A stretch of 64,000 nucleotides of DNA from a virus (taxonomy: Duplodnaviria > Caudoviricetes). The position numbers were made by a program, and so were the translations under genes. Under the pieces are notes generated by a model. It did no database searches and had not been told where the DNA came from. It worked only from the letters and a program-made list of their open reading frames with translations. Every line of letters starts with the position of its first letter. Position 1 is the stretch's first letter. The stretch is taken from positions 7,526 to 71,525 of IMG/VR virus record IMGVR_UViG_3300032074_000002; one strand, 5' to 3'. Shown here piece after piece: positions 63,303-64,000 of the stretch.

Positions 63303-63533
63303 ATGGGAGTCATCAAGTTACTGCTCAAGCTCATCCTGTTCATCATGTGGCTGGCGTTGTCGCTGGCCTGGATGATCTTCTTCGGTGCGTTCGGCGTAGC
63401 CTGTTTCGCCAGCGTGTTCTTCGTGCCGGTAGGAGTGGCTAGCTTCGGCCTGGCCATGATGCCCCTGTTCAGTGCCCTGGCCTTCATGGGTTGGCACAAG
63501 CCTACCCAGCAGGTCATCATCGTCCAGCGGTAG
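63303..63533 (+). CDS. Small multi-pass membrane protein
   Basis: Almost entirely hydrophobic, 76 aa. Confidence 0.7.
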   Translation: MGVIKLLLKLILFIMWLALSLAWMIFFGAFGVACFASVFFVPVGVASFGLAMMPLFSALAFMGWHKPTQQVIIVQR

Positions 63534-63647
63534 GGATCGCAACAGTTCTTCTGTTGCGCGGTGTGCCGTTTATGCGGTATGCTAGTGGTACGTGGATCGC
63601 TGGCTATCGGCACACCGAGCACTGATCACCCCACCTGGGAGGTAGTA

Positions 63648-63875
63648 ATGCCACTGTACGAGTACCGTTGGCGTGAGACGCGAGAGCTGGTCACGCGCAT
63701 CTCAGTCCCAAACGACGACCTGGCTCTCGTAGCTGCGCAGACGGACGAGTTCAAGCGTCTCGCGCTGGCCGATGAGGCGCCCATCATCGCACCCGAAGTT
63801 GCACAGATCGAGGTGCTACTCGTGGGTCGAGTCGTCTCCGTCGCGGACGGGACAACCGAGGTGCGGCCCCTGTGA
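63648..63875 (+). CDS. Hypothetical early protein
   Basis: ATCACCCCACCTGGGAGG leader; promoter TTGCGC-N18-TATGCT at 63554-63583. Confidence 0.7.
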   Translation: MPLYEYRWRETRELVTRISVPNDDLALVAAQTDEFKRLALADEAPIIAPEVAQIEVLLVGRVVSVADGTTEVRPL

Positions 63876-64000
63876 CCACACCGACTAAGGTCCCGCTCAT
63901 GATGTTGGAGCTGATCCCTGACGGCTACTATGCCGTCAGGCCCGACATCGAGACGCCGCTGACCTTTGTGAGGATCAGTCGGCCTGGCCGCGGCAAGTGG
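63872..64000 (+). CDS. Hypothetical protein, truncated by window end
   Basis: GTGA overlap; open to the last base. Confidence 0.6.
   Translation, partial: MTTPTKVPLMMLELIPDGYYAVRPDIETPLTFVRISRPGRGKW

Larger units (their letters stand above)
1..64000. mobile_element. Tailed dsDNA actinobacteriophage (siphovirus-like), partial genome
   Basis: TerL, portal, capsid, tail tube, long tape measure, endolysin/holin, WhiB; tightly packed, translationally coupled genes; no host housekeeping genes. Confidence 0.97.

Noticed and set aside
1-64000. tRNA genes, introns/inteins, reverse transcriptase or DGR, DNA polymerase, CI repressor
   Set aside because: No T-loop/cloverleaf, splice motifs, RT motifs, polymerase motifs or S24 peptidase-HTH seen by eye; tRNAscan and HMM searches would be needed to confirm absence, and part of the genome lies outside the window

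Overview
The whole window is part of a tailed dsDNA actinobacteriophage genome (siphovirus-like; roughly 60-65% GC by eye; WhiB, actinobacterial-type tape-measure transglycosylase and amidase). It is truncated at the right edge, where an ORF starting at 63872 runs off. Layout: (1) + strand early/middle arm, 235-17670: XerC/D-like tyrosine recombinase, SSB-like protein, SNF2 helicase, oligoribonuclease, beta-clamp homologue, DUF4406/NDT-like protein, RusA, DNA methyltransferase, WhiB, Cas4/RecB-like nuclease and many small Cys/His proteins. (2) - strand head-tail module, 17671-44517: TerL, Mu-like portal and protease, gpE-like capsid, tail tube, chaperones, 2140-aa tape measure and tail tip. 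(3) An inverted + strand replication island, 44747-48045: AEP primase and a Zn-finger/P-loop helicase. (4) - strand lysis and fibre module, 48070-57165: holin, permuted papain-like hydrolase, amidase, S53 sedolisin and fibres. (5) A ~2.1 kb non-coding control region, 57166-59300, with iteron-like repeats, a dif-like half site, an AT-rich tract and an array of TAGAAC-N4-GTTCTA palindromes. (6) + strand early genes, 59305-64000, several with a reiterated promoter/hairpin/anti-SD leader. No DNA polymerase, CI-type repressor, tRNA or CRISPR array was recognised. The most unusual items are a prodomain-less sedolisin inside the lysis cassette, the SOS-box-like array, a WhiB with no canonical start that is probably made by -1 frameshifting, a TGT/DpdA-like domain fused to a TerS-like tail, and the reiterated early leader. 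All family assignments come from motif reading by eye, not database searches.
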